Shown piece by piece: positions 37,351 through 46,693 of a DNA stretch of 64,000 nt. This stretch comes from an uncultured Gammaproteobacteria bacterium (GTDB taxonomy: Bacteria; Patescibacteriota; Patescibacteriia; UBA9934; CAZDDW01), in the NCBI GenBank assembly GCA_965231015.1, contig OZ246408.1, positions 19,755-83,754 of the forward strand, in the 5' to 3' direction. The notes under the pieces were generated by a model. The model did no database searches, was not told the origin of the DNA, and saw nothing but the letters and a program-made list of their open reading frames with translations. The position numbers and the translations under genes are program-made. How positions within the stretch are numbered: position 1 is the stretch's first letter; each line of letters opens with the position of its first letter.

Positions 37351-38346
37351 TTACAGATCACCTCCTTTTACTTCGAGCCATGCTGTGAAAGTGTTGTAAA
37401 CGAGGTAAAGATCGACCTCTTCTTCCCAATCTGATCCTATCTCGTTTGACCACTCTTCCTTTGGTGTGGCACACACTCGAACTCCGTCGTCGAGGTAGGG
37501 CGCTTCCAAACCGTGGAAGTGAAGACCAAAGTTTGATGGTGCGTAAAAGGTGTCGCCACGACTGGTCCCACCCCAAACAGCGTATTGCTCACCCGGGAAC
37601 GAAACGTAGGGTCCACGCTCCTCGTACCACCCGACTTCCGCATCGGTCGCAATAGACTCGTTTTCAAGTCGTGCCCAGCACGAACGCACAGCAAAGTCGT
37701 GTACCCCGTAGGGACTGACGCAGGTGTCGAAGGTCCCGAGTCTTATTTCCAAGTTCATGTCATCCGGTTCACACATGCCGTGGATGTGGTCCTCAGCGTC
37801 GTACGGTTGTCGCCAATTGTCAGCTCCGGCAGAAGCCAGCAACAGTTCGCTCACCGTGCAAAGCCGGCGGCCATAAAGACCAACTCGCTCTTCGAAGTCC
37901 ACGATAGACGCGAGACTCAACCCGTCGTGTGGCCAGTACTCGCCAATTCGATTCGGAAACGGATACTTAGCGATACAAAATGAATCCAGCTGCATTTCGC
38001 GTTCAGCTATCACCAAGTGTGAGTAGTACTGGCTCAAAATATCGCTATCCCACTCACCAAGAGTAAACGTTCCGCCGTCGATCAACACCATGCCATCAGG
38101 ACAGGTTCCGATCGGCTCAATCGAGTCGTCATCATCCCCGGTTGTATCATCGTCGCCAGCAGAGGTTTCATCTTCGTCATCGACCTCCACCGAATCACAA
38201 CACAGAGTCGTGCAGATTAGTAGGAAAAAGAACCAGATCCGAGTGTACTTGAACACTCTTCCACCTCCAAGAACAGGATAATAAGGTGAAAAATATATTT
38301 TGTCAACCAAAAAACCTCGAAACAATTTCGAGGTCTTGTGGTACAC
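37351..38346 (-). CDS. Secreted protein with FGE-sulfatase/SUMF1-like domain (putative lipoprotein)
   Basis: 331 aa; hydrophobic N-terminus ending in ..LCC.., acidic DDDTTGDDDD linker, then ..CPDGMVLIDGGTFTLGE.. and a ..WGGTSRGD.. motif resembling the formylglycine-generating-enzyme fold. The annotated 5' end overlaps the tRNA by 8 nt, so the true start is uncertain. Confidence 0.45.
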   Translation of the reverse strand: MYHKTSKLFRGFLVDKIYFSPYYPVLGGGRVFKYTRIWFFFLLICTTLCCDSVEVDDEDETSAGDDDTTGDDDDSIEPIGTCPDGMVLIDGGTFTLGEWDSDILSQYYSHLVIAEREMQLDSFCIAKYPFPNRIGEYWPHDGLSLASIVDFEERVGLYGRRLCTVSELLLASAGADNWRQPYDAEDHIHGMCEPDDMNLEIRLGTFDTCVSPYGVHDFAVRSCWARLENESIATDAEVGWYEERGPYVSFPGEQYAVWGGTSRGDTFYAPSNFGLHFHGLEAPYLDDGVRVCATPKEEWSNEIGSDWEEEVDLYLVYNTFTAWLEVKGGDL

Positions 38347-38413
38347 CCGGAGGGATTCGAACCCCCAACCAAGAGCTTAGAACGCTCCTGCTCTTCCGTT
38401 GAGCTACGGGTGC
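38339..38413 (-). tRNA. tRNA-Arg (anticodon TCT)
   Basis: 75-nt cloverleaf on the reverse complement: acceptor GCACCCG/CGGGTGT, D-arm GCTC-AACGGAA-GAGC, anticodon arm GGAGC-GTTCTAA-GCTCT, T-arm GGGGG-TTCGAAT-CCCTC, discriminator A, CCA. Confidence 0.8.
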
Positions 38414-38475
38414 AAGTAACAAATATTAGCATAAAAACCCGGTTTCGTCAACCGAAACCCGGTTCTCTCTACCTT

Positions 38476-39420
38476 CTACTTTCTACTTTTACCATGAAAC
38501 TTCTGATGAATCGATTTCAACTGCTTGTTGGTAATGTGAGTGTAGATTTGAGTAGTCGTAATTGAAGCGTGACCAAGCAAATCCTGAACCGCGCGCACAT
38601 CCGCTCCGGCCATAAGCATGTCCGTAGCAAAAGTGTGACGCAAAGTGTGTGGGGTAATCCGTTTAGTGATTCCGGCGTCACGGGCGCAACGCTTGACCAT
38701 CCGCTCAATTGATCGCGGAGTAATTGGACCAGACTCTTCACGTCCTTTCTTGGCCCGGTCATGTGAAACAAATAGATATGGCGAAGTGTCGGTTCGTTTA
38801 TCAACGTACTGCTTGATCCACTTTTTAGCTTCATCGGATAAAAACACCACTCGAGGTTTGTCACCTTTTCCACGCACAGTAAACTCGTCCCTTTTTAAGT
38901 TTACCTGCTCGATTTTCAAATTCGCCACCTCTGAAACACGTAGTCCTGTTGAAAACAAGGTTTCTAAAATTGCCCTATCACGCAACTGCACCACTGACCA
39001 CCCCCTTTTTCCGGTCTTGACCTTATACTTTTTCATGGACGCATTCAACAACCTCTCTAACTCGTCCTCTTCCAGAAATTCAACCGTACGAGTTGATTGC
39101 TTGGCCAACTCTATTGTCTCAGGAGCAAGACTTTTTATGTCCCGTCGAGCTAAATACTTCAAAAAGGCTCGGAGAGCAATAAGGTGATAATTTTGAGTAT
39201 TCTTTTTAAGGGTCTCTTCATTGCGCCCAGGCACAGACCGATTTAACCATAAACGATATTTACGAACCTTTTCCTTCGTGATGCTTTGTGGTGAAGGGTT
39301 CCCGGCCCAATCACAAAAACGACACAAATAAAAATCGTAATTACGAATCGTTTTGTTTGATCGACCCCGCTCAATTTCCAAATGCTCAAGAAAATCTGTG
39401 ATTAGTTTATTCATTTTCAT
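38476..39420 (-). CDS. Tyrosine recombinase, XerC/XerD family (integrase-like)
   Basis: Conserved R..HxxR..Y catalytic region (..GLRVSE.., ..HTLRHTFATDML.., ..LGHASITTTQIYTH..). N-terminal SAM-like core-binding domain (LEHLEIERGRSNKTIRNYDFYL). Start moved to MKMNKLI. Immediately adjacent to tRNA-Arg(TCT). Confidence 0.8.
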   Translation of the reverse strand: MKMNKLITDFLEHLEIERGRSNKTIRNYDFYLCRFCDWAGNPSPQSITKEKVRKYRLWLNRSVPGRNEETLKKNTQNYHLIALRAFLKYLARRDIKSLAPETIELAKQSTRTVEFLEEDELERLLNASMKKYKVKTGKRGWSVVQLRDRAILETLFSTGLRVSEVANLKIEQVNLKRDEFTVRGKGDKPRVVFLSDEAKKWIKQYVDKRTDTSPYLFVSHDRAKKGREESGPITPRSIERMVKRCARDAGITKRITPHTLRHTFATDMLMAGADVRAVQDLLGHASITTTQIYTHITNKQLKSIHQKFHGKSRK

Positions 39421-39506
39421 AGCTCTTACATTATACGACACATTGACCAAAAACCAAATTCTTGGTAAGAAGAAACCTCATCAACCAACCACCAAGGAGG
39501 AATCCG

Positions 39507-40661
39507 ATGAGAAACCTTGCACCTTTCATCGTGCTGGTGGTGAGCCTGTTCATCGGGTTTACCTCCCAGGCCGAGACCACCTTCGATCTTGAAGTTTACC
39601 GGGCCACCGGATGGGATCAGGCCACCTGCCAGACCCGCTTTGGTTCCCACTACTGGGATCCGAGCTTTGGCCAGTGTGGCGCCTGTCTTTGCCACCCAAA
39701 CGCATTCCCGCTCTACGAAGCTCGTGTTGACGCCTGCTTGAGCATCGACACCTGGCTCGACTACCAGAAGACGTTCGGACTCGTCCCTGCGGCCAAACTT
39801 CCGGACTGTTCTGCCAAGGCCAAAGCAGGCGGCAGCGGGGAATCCGATGCGTCTTATCCCTGCCGCGACTGCGACGGTGACGGGTACAGCTTCGAACACG
39901 ACTGCGATGACTGGTCATACGCAATCTATCCCGGTGCTCCGGAAGTGGCGAACAATCGGGTAGACGAAGACTGTGACGGCGAAGACCTGCTGACCACAGA
40001 AGAACCGGCACCGGTTTTGGAAGAAAAATCCAAGGAAAATTCGGACGAACCCAAGAGCCAGCCAGCGCATGAGTCCACGACCACGACCAATCCTGATCCT
40101 GATCCTGATCCTGAAGCAGAGCCCAGACCCGAACCAACAGGCTCGAACTTGCTCGAGGAGGCTGGGATTGACGCCTCGTTCGAAAAGCTCGCGCCGAGTC
40201 TTTACACGGTCGGACCAGGCCAGATGCGCGAGTACGGCGGCTTCAAAATGCGCACAGCTTCAGGCACGGACAATGTGTATGTGACCGAGGAAGACGGTAA
40301 TCATGTTCTGGAGCTAATGGTCGGGCGGGAACGCGACGAACAAAACCCATTGAACGCGGTCTTGGTCATGCCCGGGATCGAACTGGTCGAGAATGGTCAG
40401 TACCTATTCAGTTTCCGCTACCGAGCTCTGGCCGAGTTCAAGTTACAGTTGGCCGTATACCCAAGCGGGGAAGAGCCTTTGGGAGCACCCTACATCACAG
40501 AGGTGAGCATTCTACCAAGCCCTGACAACTGGCATGACGTCAGCATGAATCTGGATCCGGGTCTGCCCGAGGGAACCTATGACCTGGCTCTTGGTTGGGC
40601 CAATGTCAGGGAAAGATTGTTAGTACTTGATCGCCTGTTCCTTGCACAAAAACTCGATTAG
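39507..40661 (+). CDS. Secreted protein with one MopE-like metal-binding motif and a Pro/Asp/Glu-rich linker (GC-rich island gene)
   Basis: Start at MRNLAPFIVLVVSLFIGFTSQA (signal peptide; SD AAGGAGG). ..CRDCDGDGYSFEHDCDDWSYAIYPGAPEVANNRVDEDCDGED.. matches the MopE-like motif. The N-terminal ~90 aa are paralogous to the N-terminus of the next gene. Confidence 0.6.
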   Translation: MRNLAPFIVLVVSLFIGFTSQAETTFDLEVYRATGWDQATCQTRFGSHYWDPSFGQCGACLCHPNAFPLYEARVDACLSIDTWLDYQKTFGLVPAAKLPDCSAKAKAGGSGESDASYPCRDCDGDGYSFEHDCDDWSYAIYPGAPEVANNRVDEDCDGEDLLTTEEPAPVLEEKSKENSDEPKSQPAHESTTTTNPDPDPDPEAEPRPEPTGSNLLEEAGIDASFEKLAPSLYTVGPGQMREYGGFKMRTASGTDNVYVTEEDGNHVLELMVGRERDEQNPLNAVLVMPGIELVENGQYLFSFRYRALAEFKLQLAVYPSGEEPLGAPYITEVSILPSPDNWHDVSMNLDPGLPEGTYDLALGWANVRERLLVLDRLFLAQKLD

Positions 40662-40832
40662 GATTACAACAGGTCCTGTCCACGCCGCACCCAAAAAAGG
40701 TGTGGCCTTCTTTTTGCCTAATTTTAGTCAAAGCGTTCCGAATCGGGGTTGACAATTTCGCTAAAATATGATATAAAAATCGGTCATTTTGGCTACCTAT
40801 ACTTGTATAAAATAAGAAAGGAGGGCCGCCAA

Positions 40833-42806
40833 ATGCGTGCTCTTTTCAACATGTGTTGTGTTTTGAGTTTGGTCATCGCGCACACCGCGGCGGCCAGTAA
40901 CGATAACCCCTACGCGGTCACGAACTGGGACCGTTCGGCCTGCGAGAACAGGTTCGGAAACCAGATCTGGGACGACCGGTTGCAAGCTTGCGTCTGCAAC
41001 AACCGGCTCTACGAGCCGCGTGCAGACGCTTGCTTGAGCGAACGGACCTGGCTCGACTACCAGGCCGAGTTCGGCAAGACCGATCCGGTCGAAGTGGCTA
41101 CCGGCCGGCTGATCGCAGCGGAGCATCCGCAACCCTACCACGCGGACGCCGACGGCGACGGGTACAGCGACGAGTGGGACGAAGACGACACGAACCCGGA
41201 CGTCAACCCGGCCATTCCCGTCAGCCTCGTCTCCCATCCTTCCGAAGGAGGGGTTGGGGGAGGATCAGACAAACCCCGAACGAGCACCGCCCCGGGCCCC
41301 ACACGCGAGAACAACCTGCGTGACGCTTCGGTGAGCCAGGAAGAGCTCGACGAATCTGACCCTGCTCCGACTCCCGAAGAGGAGGCCGAGGCAAGCGAAG
41401 ATGTCGGGGAGGAAGTCAGTCTGGTGGATCTGCGAGCTGTGGCTGACGAGATCGCCGAGACGGAACGTCGCGAGCGCGAGGAAGAGCGTGAGCGAGTCGA
41501 GCAAGAGGCTCGTCGTGAAACCGAAGAGCTAGCCCAAGCCAAGGCCGATCAGGAAGCACGTGAAGCCGAGCGCCGGGCTGAACTAGAACGTCGTGAACGA
41601 GAGGCTGCTACCGCGGCCGAGGCCGAGCGAGCTGCCGAAGCGTCCAGTATCCTGGCCGCAAGAGCCGATGATCTCGAGCTCGATCCGGACGAGGACTACT
41701 TCGCCGACGAGGATGAGGACATGACCTTCGACCCCTCTGACGGACTGGAGCTCATCGGCTCGGAAGAGGTAGACGAGAAACTCGCAATCGATGAAGGGAT
41801 CGAGTACGAGTACGGTTACCGTTTCAGTGGATCCGATTCCGACGCTGATGCTTCGATCGATATCGACAGCGACAAGGACGGCGATGGTATCAGCAATCTG
41901 AACGACTTCTGTCAGGATGATCCCGGGATCCCCTCGGATGATCCATCCCTCAACGGCTGTCCAGAACACATGCACCCAGACGAAGACGCCGACGCCGAGG
42001 CCGTCAACTTCGAGGATCTGCCCGAGGTCGACGAGGACCCCCCCGAAAGCCCGGCCGAGCGCCAGGCGCGTCTCAAGACCGAGCGTGACGAGCGCCGCGA
42101 ACAGCAGCGCCTCGAGCGTGAGGCACTCAAAGAGGAGCGACGTCTCGAACGAGAAGCCGCCAAGGCTCGACGCGAACGCGAGCGCAAGCTCGACGACCAG
42201 GCCGACTGGCTATCGAGCTTGGTCTGGGAAAAGGGGTGTCTCTCCTACAAGAAGTACCGGGGAGACGAAACCCTTGACACGGATCGGGACGGCCTACCCG
42301 ACGATATGGACCTGTGCCCAGAGGACCCGGAAGACTTCGACAACTTCATCGATGCTTCCGGCTACCTGATGCCGCTCGACGGCTGTCCGGATCCGGAAAA
42401 CGGCTTCATCAAGCTGCACTGGGATCCGGAGAACCAGCGGTTCGATGACATCCGACCGGGTTTCAGCGAACGCTGGGATATGCTCGAGGGAGACTTCTGG
42501 TTCGAGGATGACGACAGCTACACCGAAGAAGCACTGGAGCTTCTGCGTGAGCTGGCACTCGTGCTCGAGGCCTATGACCTCAAGGTCGAGGTCAAGGGCC
42601 GGTCGCTGCACGGCGAAAACCCGGAAGAAAAACTCGAGTACCGCCACCTGGTCGGCCGTTGGGCCAAGGCCCTGGCCGCGGAACTCGAATCGCAATGCGT
42701 CGAGGCCGGCTATGCCGATTGCCCCGGCCGCATCTACTCGAGTAGCGCGACCGGGTACTCGGGCATCAAACACAACACCATCATCCTGGCGATCATGACC
42801 CACTAG
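40833..42806 (+). CDS. Secreted acidic protein with paralogous N-domain, Glu/Arg-rich coiled-coil, TSP3-like Ca-binding Asp repeats and possible OmpA-like C-terminus (GC-rich island gene)
   Basis: Start at MRALFNMCCVLSLVIAHTAAAS (SD AAGGAGGG 6 nt upstream). ..YAVTNWDRSACENRFGNQIWDDRLQACVCNNRLYEPRADACLSERTWLDYQAEFG.. parallels the previous protein. ERRERE/EAREAERRAELERRERE repeats. DTDRDGLPDDMDLCPED.. and DSDKDGDGISNLNDFCQDD.. motifs. The OmpA-like assignment of the last ~100 aa is weak. Confidence 0.55.
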   Translation: MRALFNMCCVLSLVIAHTAAASNDNPYAVTNWDRSACENRFGNQIWDDRLQACVCNNRLYEPRADACLSERTWLDYQAEFGKTDPVEVATGRLIAAEHPQPYHADADGDGYSDEWDEDDTNPDVNPAIPVSLVSHPSEGGVGGGSDKPRTSTAPGPTRENNLRDASVSQEELDESDPAPTPEEEAEASEDVGEEVSLVDLRAVADEIAETERREREEERERVEQEARRETEELAQAKADQEAREAERRAELERREREAATAAEAERAAEASSILAARADDLELDPDEDYFADEDEDMTFDPSDGLELIGSEEVDEKLAIDEGIEYEYGYRFSGSDSDADASIDIDSDKDGDGISNLNDFCQDDPGIPSDDPSLNGCPEHMHPDEDADAEAVNFEDLPEVDEDPPESPAERQARLKTERDERREQQRLEREALKEERRLEREAAKARRERERKLDDQADWLSSLVWEKGCLSYKKYRGDETLDTDRDGLPDDMDLCPEDPEDFDNFIDASGYLMPLDGCPDPENGFIKLHWDPENQRFDDIRPGFSERWDMLEGDFWFEDDDSYTEEALELLRELALVLEAYDLKVEVKGRSLHGENPEEKLEYRHLVGRWAKALAAELESQCVEAGYADCPGRIYSSSATGYSGIKHNTIILAIMTH

Positions 42807-43108
42807 ATCGCCGGGACCCACCTATCGGACCGGGACTCCCCCAAGCGGAGCCCGGTCTTTCCGTTTTACCTACACAATCCATTTTCCTATTCGATCCAAT
42901 TAGAAAGTGGTTATCGAGACCGAAATATGCTATTTTAGAACTAGAATGATCGAGCTGAGGAGAGAATGGCATGGAACCCATCGACGGACAATAGACAGTA
43001 GGAGGAACTCATGATCCCCGAAGATGGCCAATAGACCAACCGCGCAGCGCCGTCACACGAGCAGAACATGCTCACACTCCGGTGGGCGCGTTCTGTTTGT
43101 AACAATTA

Positions 43109-43337
43109 CCGCCACTTCGAGCACGACGGAGATTAATGGACATTTTTGACCGGTTCCGACCGAAGGGGAGGAAGGACGAGGACTGTTTGAAGCCGAGCAG
43201 CTACCATAAACAACAAAAGACGCGAAGCAAGTCCCGCAGTCAAGGTTATAAAATGTTCATTACTTTACCTCCGGCGAGCGCAGAAAGGTGGCCGGTTTCT
43301 TTTTTCCGGTTTTCTTTGCCGGTCCAAAGAAAACTGG
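43109..43337 (+). repeat. Copy A of a ~230-nt repeated element (conserved small ORF MDIF(D/Y)RFRP.GR.DE.CLKPS.. plus 3' hairpin)
   Basis: Aligned by eye with copies at 50967..51193 and 58067..58293 (~80-85% identity, same orientation). Starts CCGCCACTTCGAGCACGACG and ends in a 12-14-bp hairpin. Confidence 0.7.
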
Positions 43338-43483
43338 GTTGAATAAGATCCCGGTCTTTCCGTTTGACACAGTTTAATATCTATGCTATGTTTAGCGACA
43401 GATTAACAAATTGTTGGCGGTTTTCTTGGATCTCGGAGTCGAGTCCCAATATCTAGGATTTCCGTGACGTTAAACATAAAAAT

Positions 43484-43747
43484 ATGCTCGATGCTAAAAA
43501 GAAGCAGAGAATCATTGAAAAGTATCGGACTCATGAGTCCGACACCGGTTCTCCTCAAGTGCAGATTGCAATTCTAACAACTGAAGTTGCTGAACTGACC
43601 AAACACTTAAAGGACCACAAAAAAGACTTCTCGTCTCGTCGGGGACTGATTAAAAAGGTTTCCGAACGACGACGTTTACTTAAATACTTGGACCGTGAAG
43701 ACACCAAGGCTTGTGCCAAATTGAAAGAGGCTCTAAAACTAAAATAA
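43484..43747 (+). CDS. rpsO: 30S ribosomal protein S15
   Basis: 87 aa; ..[53 protein letters not shown].. matching uS15. Confidence 0.9.
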   Translation: MLDAKKKQRIIEKYRTHESDTGSPQVQIAILTTEVAELTKHLKDHKKDFSSRRGLIKKVSERRRLLKYLDREDTKACAKLKEALKLK

Positions 43748-43751
43748 AATT

Positions 43752-43778
43752 CGGCCCGCCCGAAAGGGTGGGCTTTAA
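43752..43778 (+). terminator. Terminator/processing hairpin after rpsO (GCCCGCCC-GAAA-GGGTGGGC + TTTAAAA)
   Basis: GC-rich 8-bp stem with GNRA-like loop. Analogous position to the rpsO-pnp attenuator/RNase III site of other bacteria. Confidence 0.5.
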
Positions 43779-43784
43779 AAGTAT

Positions 43785-44330
43785 ATGATCTCAAGACCAG
43801 ACCAACGAGTAGCGGTGTTCATTGACACTCAAAACATGTACTACTCGGCTCGCAATGTACACAACCGAAAAGTAAATTTTGGCAACATAGTTCGCGATGC
43901 CGTGAGGGACCGAAAACTAATTCGAGCGATTGCTTATGTTGTGAGTACAAAAACAGGTGAAGAGGCTCCTTTTTTCGAAGCTTTGCAAAAATTGGGAATT
44001 GAAACCAAAGAAAAAGAATTAATGACTTACATCTCAGGCCTTAAAAAAGCTGACTGGGATGTAGGGATTGCCGTTGATGCCATTCGGATTCTAGATATGG
44101 TTGATGTGGTGGTACTGGTCTCAGGTGACGGTGACTTTATTCCGCTGGTTGAATATATCCAAAGCCGTGGACGGATCGTAGAAAGCATGTCTTTCCGTGA
44201 AACAACCAGTACCAAACTCACCGAAGCTGTAGACAGCTTCACCAATCTTTCCGATAACAAAAGAAAATACCTGATCACTGGCGGAGGCGCAAAAAAGACA
44301 ACCAAAAAAGAAAAAAACAGAAAGTCATAA
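43785..44330 (+). CDS. NYN-domain (LabA-like, PIN-like nuclease fold) protein
   Basis: 181 aa; ..VAVFIDTQNMYYSAR.. and ..VVVLVSGDGDFIPLVEYIQSRG.. characteristic of NYN/LabA proteins. Inserted between rpsO and pnp. Confidence 0.65.
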   Translation: MISRPDQRVAVFIDTQNMYYSARNVHNRKVNFGNIVRDAVRDRKLIRAIAYVVSTKTGEEAPFFEALQKLGIETKEKELMTYISGLKKADWDVGIAVDAIRILDMVDVVVLVSGDGDFIPLVEYIQSRGRIVESMSFRETTSTKLTEAVDSFTNLSDNKRKYLITGGGAKKTTKKEKNRKS

Positions 44331-44454
44331 TCAAACGGAACCTTTACATCTTATAAATCCAATAACCATTAAAATTATTAATAATGTCACGCTTGGACAA
44401 TGAGGCTCTTTTTATAAAGAGGGTCTTGAGCCCGAGCGTGACTAAAACACGCAT

Positions 44455-46689
44455 ATGCCTACAATTGAACACTTTGAAATTGAGTGGGGTGGCAAGCCGT
44501 TAATTATTGAAACCGGCCGCTACGCCCACCAAGCCAATGCTGCTTGCACCGTGCAGTACGGAGGAACCTTGGTTTTGGCAACCGCTACCATGAGCAAAAA
44601 TAAACGCGAAGGAATCGACTGGCTTCCGCTTATGGTTGACTATGAAGAAAAACTATACGCCGCCGGTCGCATTAAGGGTTCACGCTTTATTAAGAAAGAG
44701 GGTCGACCTACTGATGAGGCAGTCTTGACTGGTCGTTCTATTGATCGAGGTATCCGACCGCTTTTTAATCAAGATATTCGCAATGAAATTCAAGTCATTG
44801 TAACGGTTCTTTCTTTTGATGGTGAAAATGATCCGGACATTCCGGGTATTGTGGCCGCTTGCACAGCCCTTCATATGTCCGATATCCCCTGGCAAGGACC
44901 TTTGGCCGGAATCCGAGTCGGACAAATTGATGGGGAGTGGGTCATTAACCCAAGTTATGAGGCTCGAGAAAAATCTGATATTGATTTAGCCTTTGCCGGG
45001 ACTAGTGAAAAAATACTAATGGTCGAGGCTGGAGCCGATGAGTGTGACGATGAAACCGTGGTTGGTGCTTTTGAATTTGGTCGCAAGCACCTCAAAAAGG
45101 TTATTGACTTAATGGAAGAAGTGAGAGCTAAGGCTGGTTCAGAAAAGGTTGATGTCATGAGTCCCACAACAGATGAAGAAGAAATTGCTCTGGAAGAACG
45201 AGAAAGAATTGTTGAGTTGGCGAAAGAATTTATTGCTAACAAAACCCAGGAATATTACTTTAGTGCTCCAAAAGCAAGCAAAAATGAACGTCGTGCCGCA
45301 ATGAATCAAATCACAGAAGAACTGGAAAAATACCTGATTGAGCAGGGGGTTGAGGAAGAAATGATTTCTTATGTCAAGGGAAAGATTTATGAACTGATTG
45401 AAGCCGAGGTTTCACGAGCCATTCTTGAGGAAAATAAAAGGGTGGACGGTCGAGCCATGGATGAAGTTCGTCAACTGGTCGTGGAAACGGGACTATTGCC
45501 TCGTGTTCATGGATCTGGCCACTTCATGCGCGGCGAAACTCAGGTTCTATCCATTATTACACTTGGTTCCCCGGGAGACGAACAAACTTTAGACGGCATG
45601 GAAACCGTGGGTACCAAACGCTACATGCACCACTATAACTTCCCACCATATTCTGTAGGTGAGGTTAAACCTATGCGTGGTCCTGGTCGGCGAGATATTG
45701 GACACGGAGCCCTGGCTGAAAAAGCCCTCATGCCGGTTATCCCTCATAAGGAGGATTTCCCATACGCCATTCGAGTGGTTAGCGAGGTCATGGGTTCAAA
45801 TGGCTCAAGCTCCATGGCTTCTACCTGTGGTTCAACCATTGCTCTTATGGACGCCGGGGTACCGATTAAAAAACCGGTTGCCGGTATTGCCATGGGGGTG
45901 GCTACCGAGGGTGACAAATGGAAGGTCTTTACTGATCTGCAGGATTTAGAAGACGGACCCGGTGGAATGGACTTCAAAATCACCGGAACACGTGACGGTA
46001 TTACAGCTATTCAAATGGACACCAAAACTCATGGTCTTGCCCACGATATTGTGGTAGAGACCTTTAAGATGGCCAAGCAAGCTCGCTTCCAAATTATTGA
46101 TGCGATTGAGGCCCAGATTAAAGCCCCTCGAAAGGAACTGTCTCCATATGCACCACGGATTATTTCCATGAAGATTAATCCGGAAAAAATCCGAGACGTG
46201 ATTGGCCCGGGTGGAAAAATGATCAATGAAATCATTGACACTACCGGGGTACATGCTATTGATATCGAAGATGATGGAATGATAATGATCACCTCGGTAG
46301 GGCAGGAACCGGCTGAAAAAGCACAGGAATGGATTGAAAACCTTACTAAAGAAGTTGAGGTTGGAGAAATCTACAAGGGTAAGGTGGTTAGATTAATGGA
46401 TTTTGGAGCCTTTGTTGAAGTTTTACCGGGTCAAGATGGTTTAGTGCATATCAGTGAACTTGCTCCGTGGCACGTTAACAAGGTCACCGACGTAGTTGAT
46501 GTTGGAGATGAGGTTTTTGTTAAAGCGATTGAAATTGATGACATGAATCGAACCAACCTTTCCATGAAACAAGCTCCTGGAAACGTTTATCAAGAACCAC
46601 CAAAGCAAAACGGCCGCCCAGACAACAAACCAAACAACAGCCGCGGCAATAATCACCGTAGCAAAGGACCACGTAGCCCTAAAAAATAG
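44455..46689 (+). CDS. pnp: Polynucleotide phosphorylase (polyribonucleotide nucleotidyltransferase)
   Basis: 744 aa; two RNase PH-like domains, KH domain (..IRDVIGPGGKMINEI..) and S1 domain (..GEIYKGKVVRLMDFGAFVEV..), plus a basic C-terminal tail. Confidence 0.95.
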   Translation: MPTIEHFEIEWGGKPLIIETGRYAHQANAACTVQYGGTLVLATATMSKNKREGIDWLPLMVDYEEKLYAAGRIKGSRFIKKEGRPTDEAVLTGRSIDRGIRPLFNQDIRNEIQVIVTVLSFDGENDPDIPGIVAACTALHMSDIPWQGPLAGIRVGQIDGEWVINPSYEAREKSDIDLAFAGTSEKILMVEAGADECDDETVVGAFEFGRKHLKKVIDLMEEVRAKAGSEKVDVMSPTTDEEEIALEERERIVELAKEFIANKTQEYYFSAPKASKNERRAAMNQITEELEKYLIEQGVEEEMISYVKGKIYELIEAEVSRAILEENKRVDGRAMDEVRQLVVETGLLPRVHGSGHFMRGETQVLSIITLGSPGDEQTLDGMETVGTKRYMHHYNFPPYSVGEVKPMRGPGRRDIGHGALAEKALMPVIPHKEDFPYAIRVVSEVMGSNGSSSMASTCGSTIALMDAGVPIKKPVAGIAMGVATEGDKWKVFTDLQDLEDGPGGMDFKITGTRDGITAIQMDTKTHGLAHDIVVETFKMAKQARFQIIDAIEAQIKAPRKELSPYAPRIISMKINPEKIRDVIGPGGKMINEIIDTTGVHAIDIEDDGMIMITSVGQEPAEKAQEWIENLTKEVEVGEIYKGKVVRLMDFGAFVEVLPGQDGLVHISELAPWHVNKVTDVVDVGDEVFVKAIEIDDMNRTNLSMKQAPGNVYQEPPKQNGRPDNKPNNSRGNNHRSKGPRSPKK

Positions 46690-46693
46690 ACTC

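Noticed and set aside
39559-42821. Large antisense ORFs (192, 146, 135, 175 aa) within the GC-rich island genes
   Set aside because: Arg/Ser/Pro-rich low-complexity artefacts of GC-rich coding DNA on the opposite strand.
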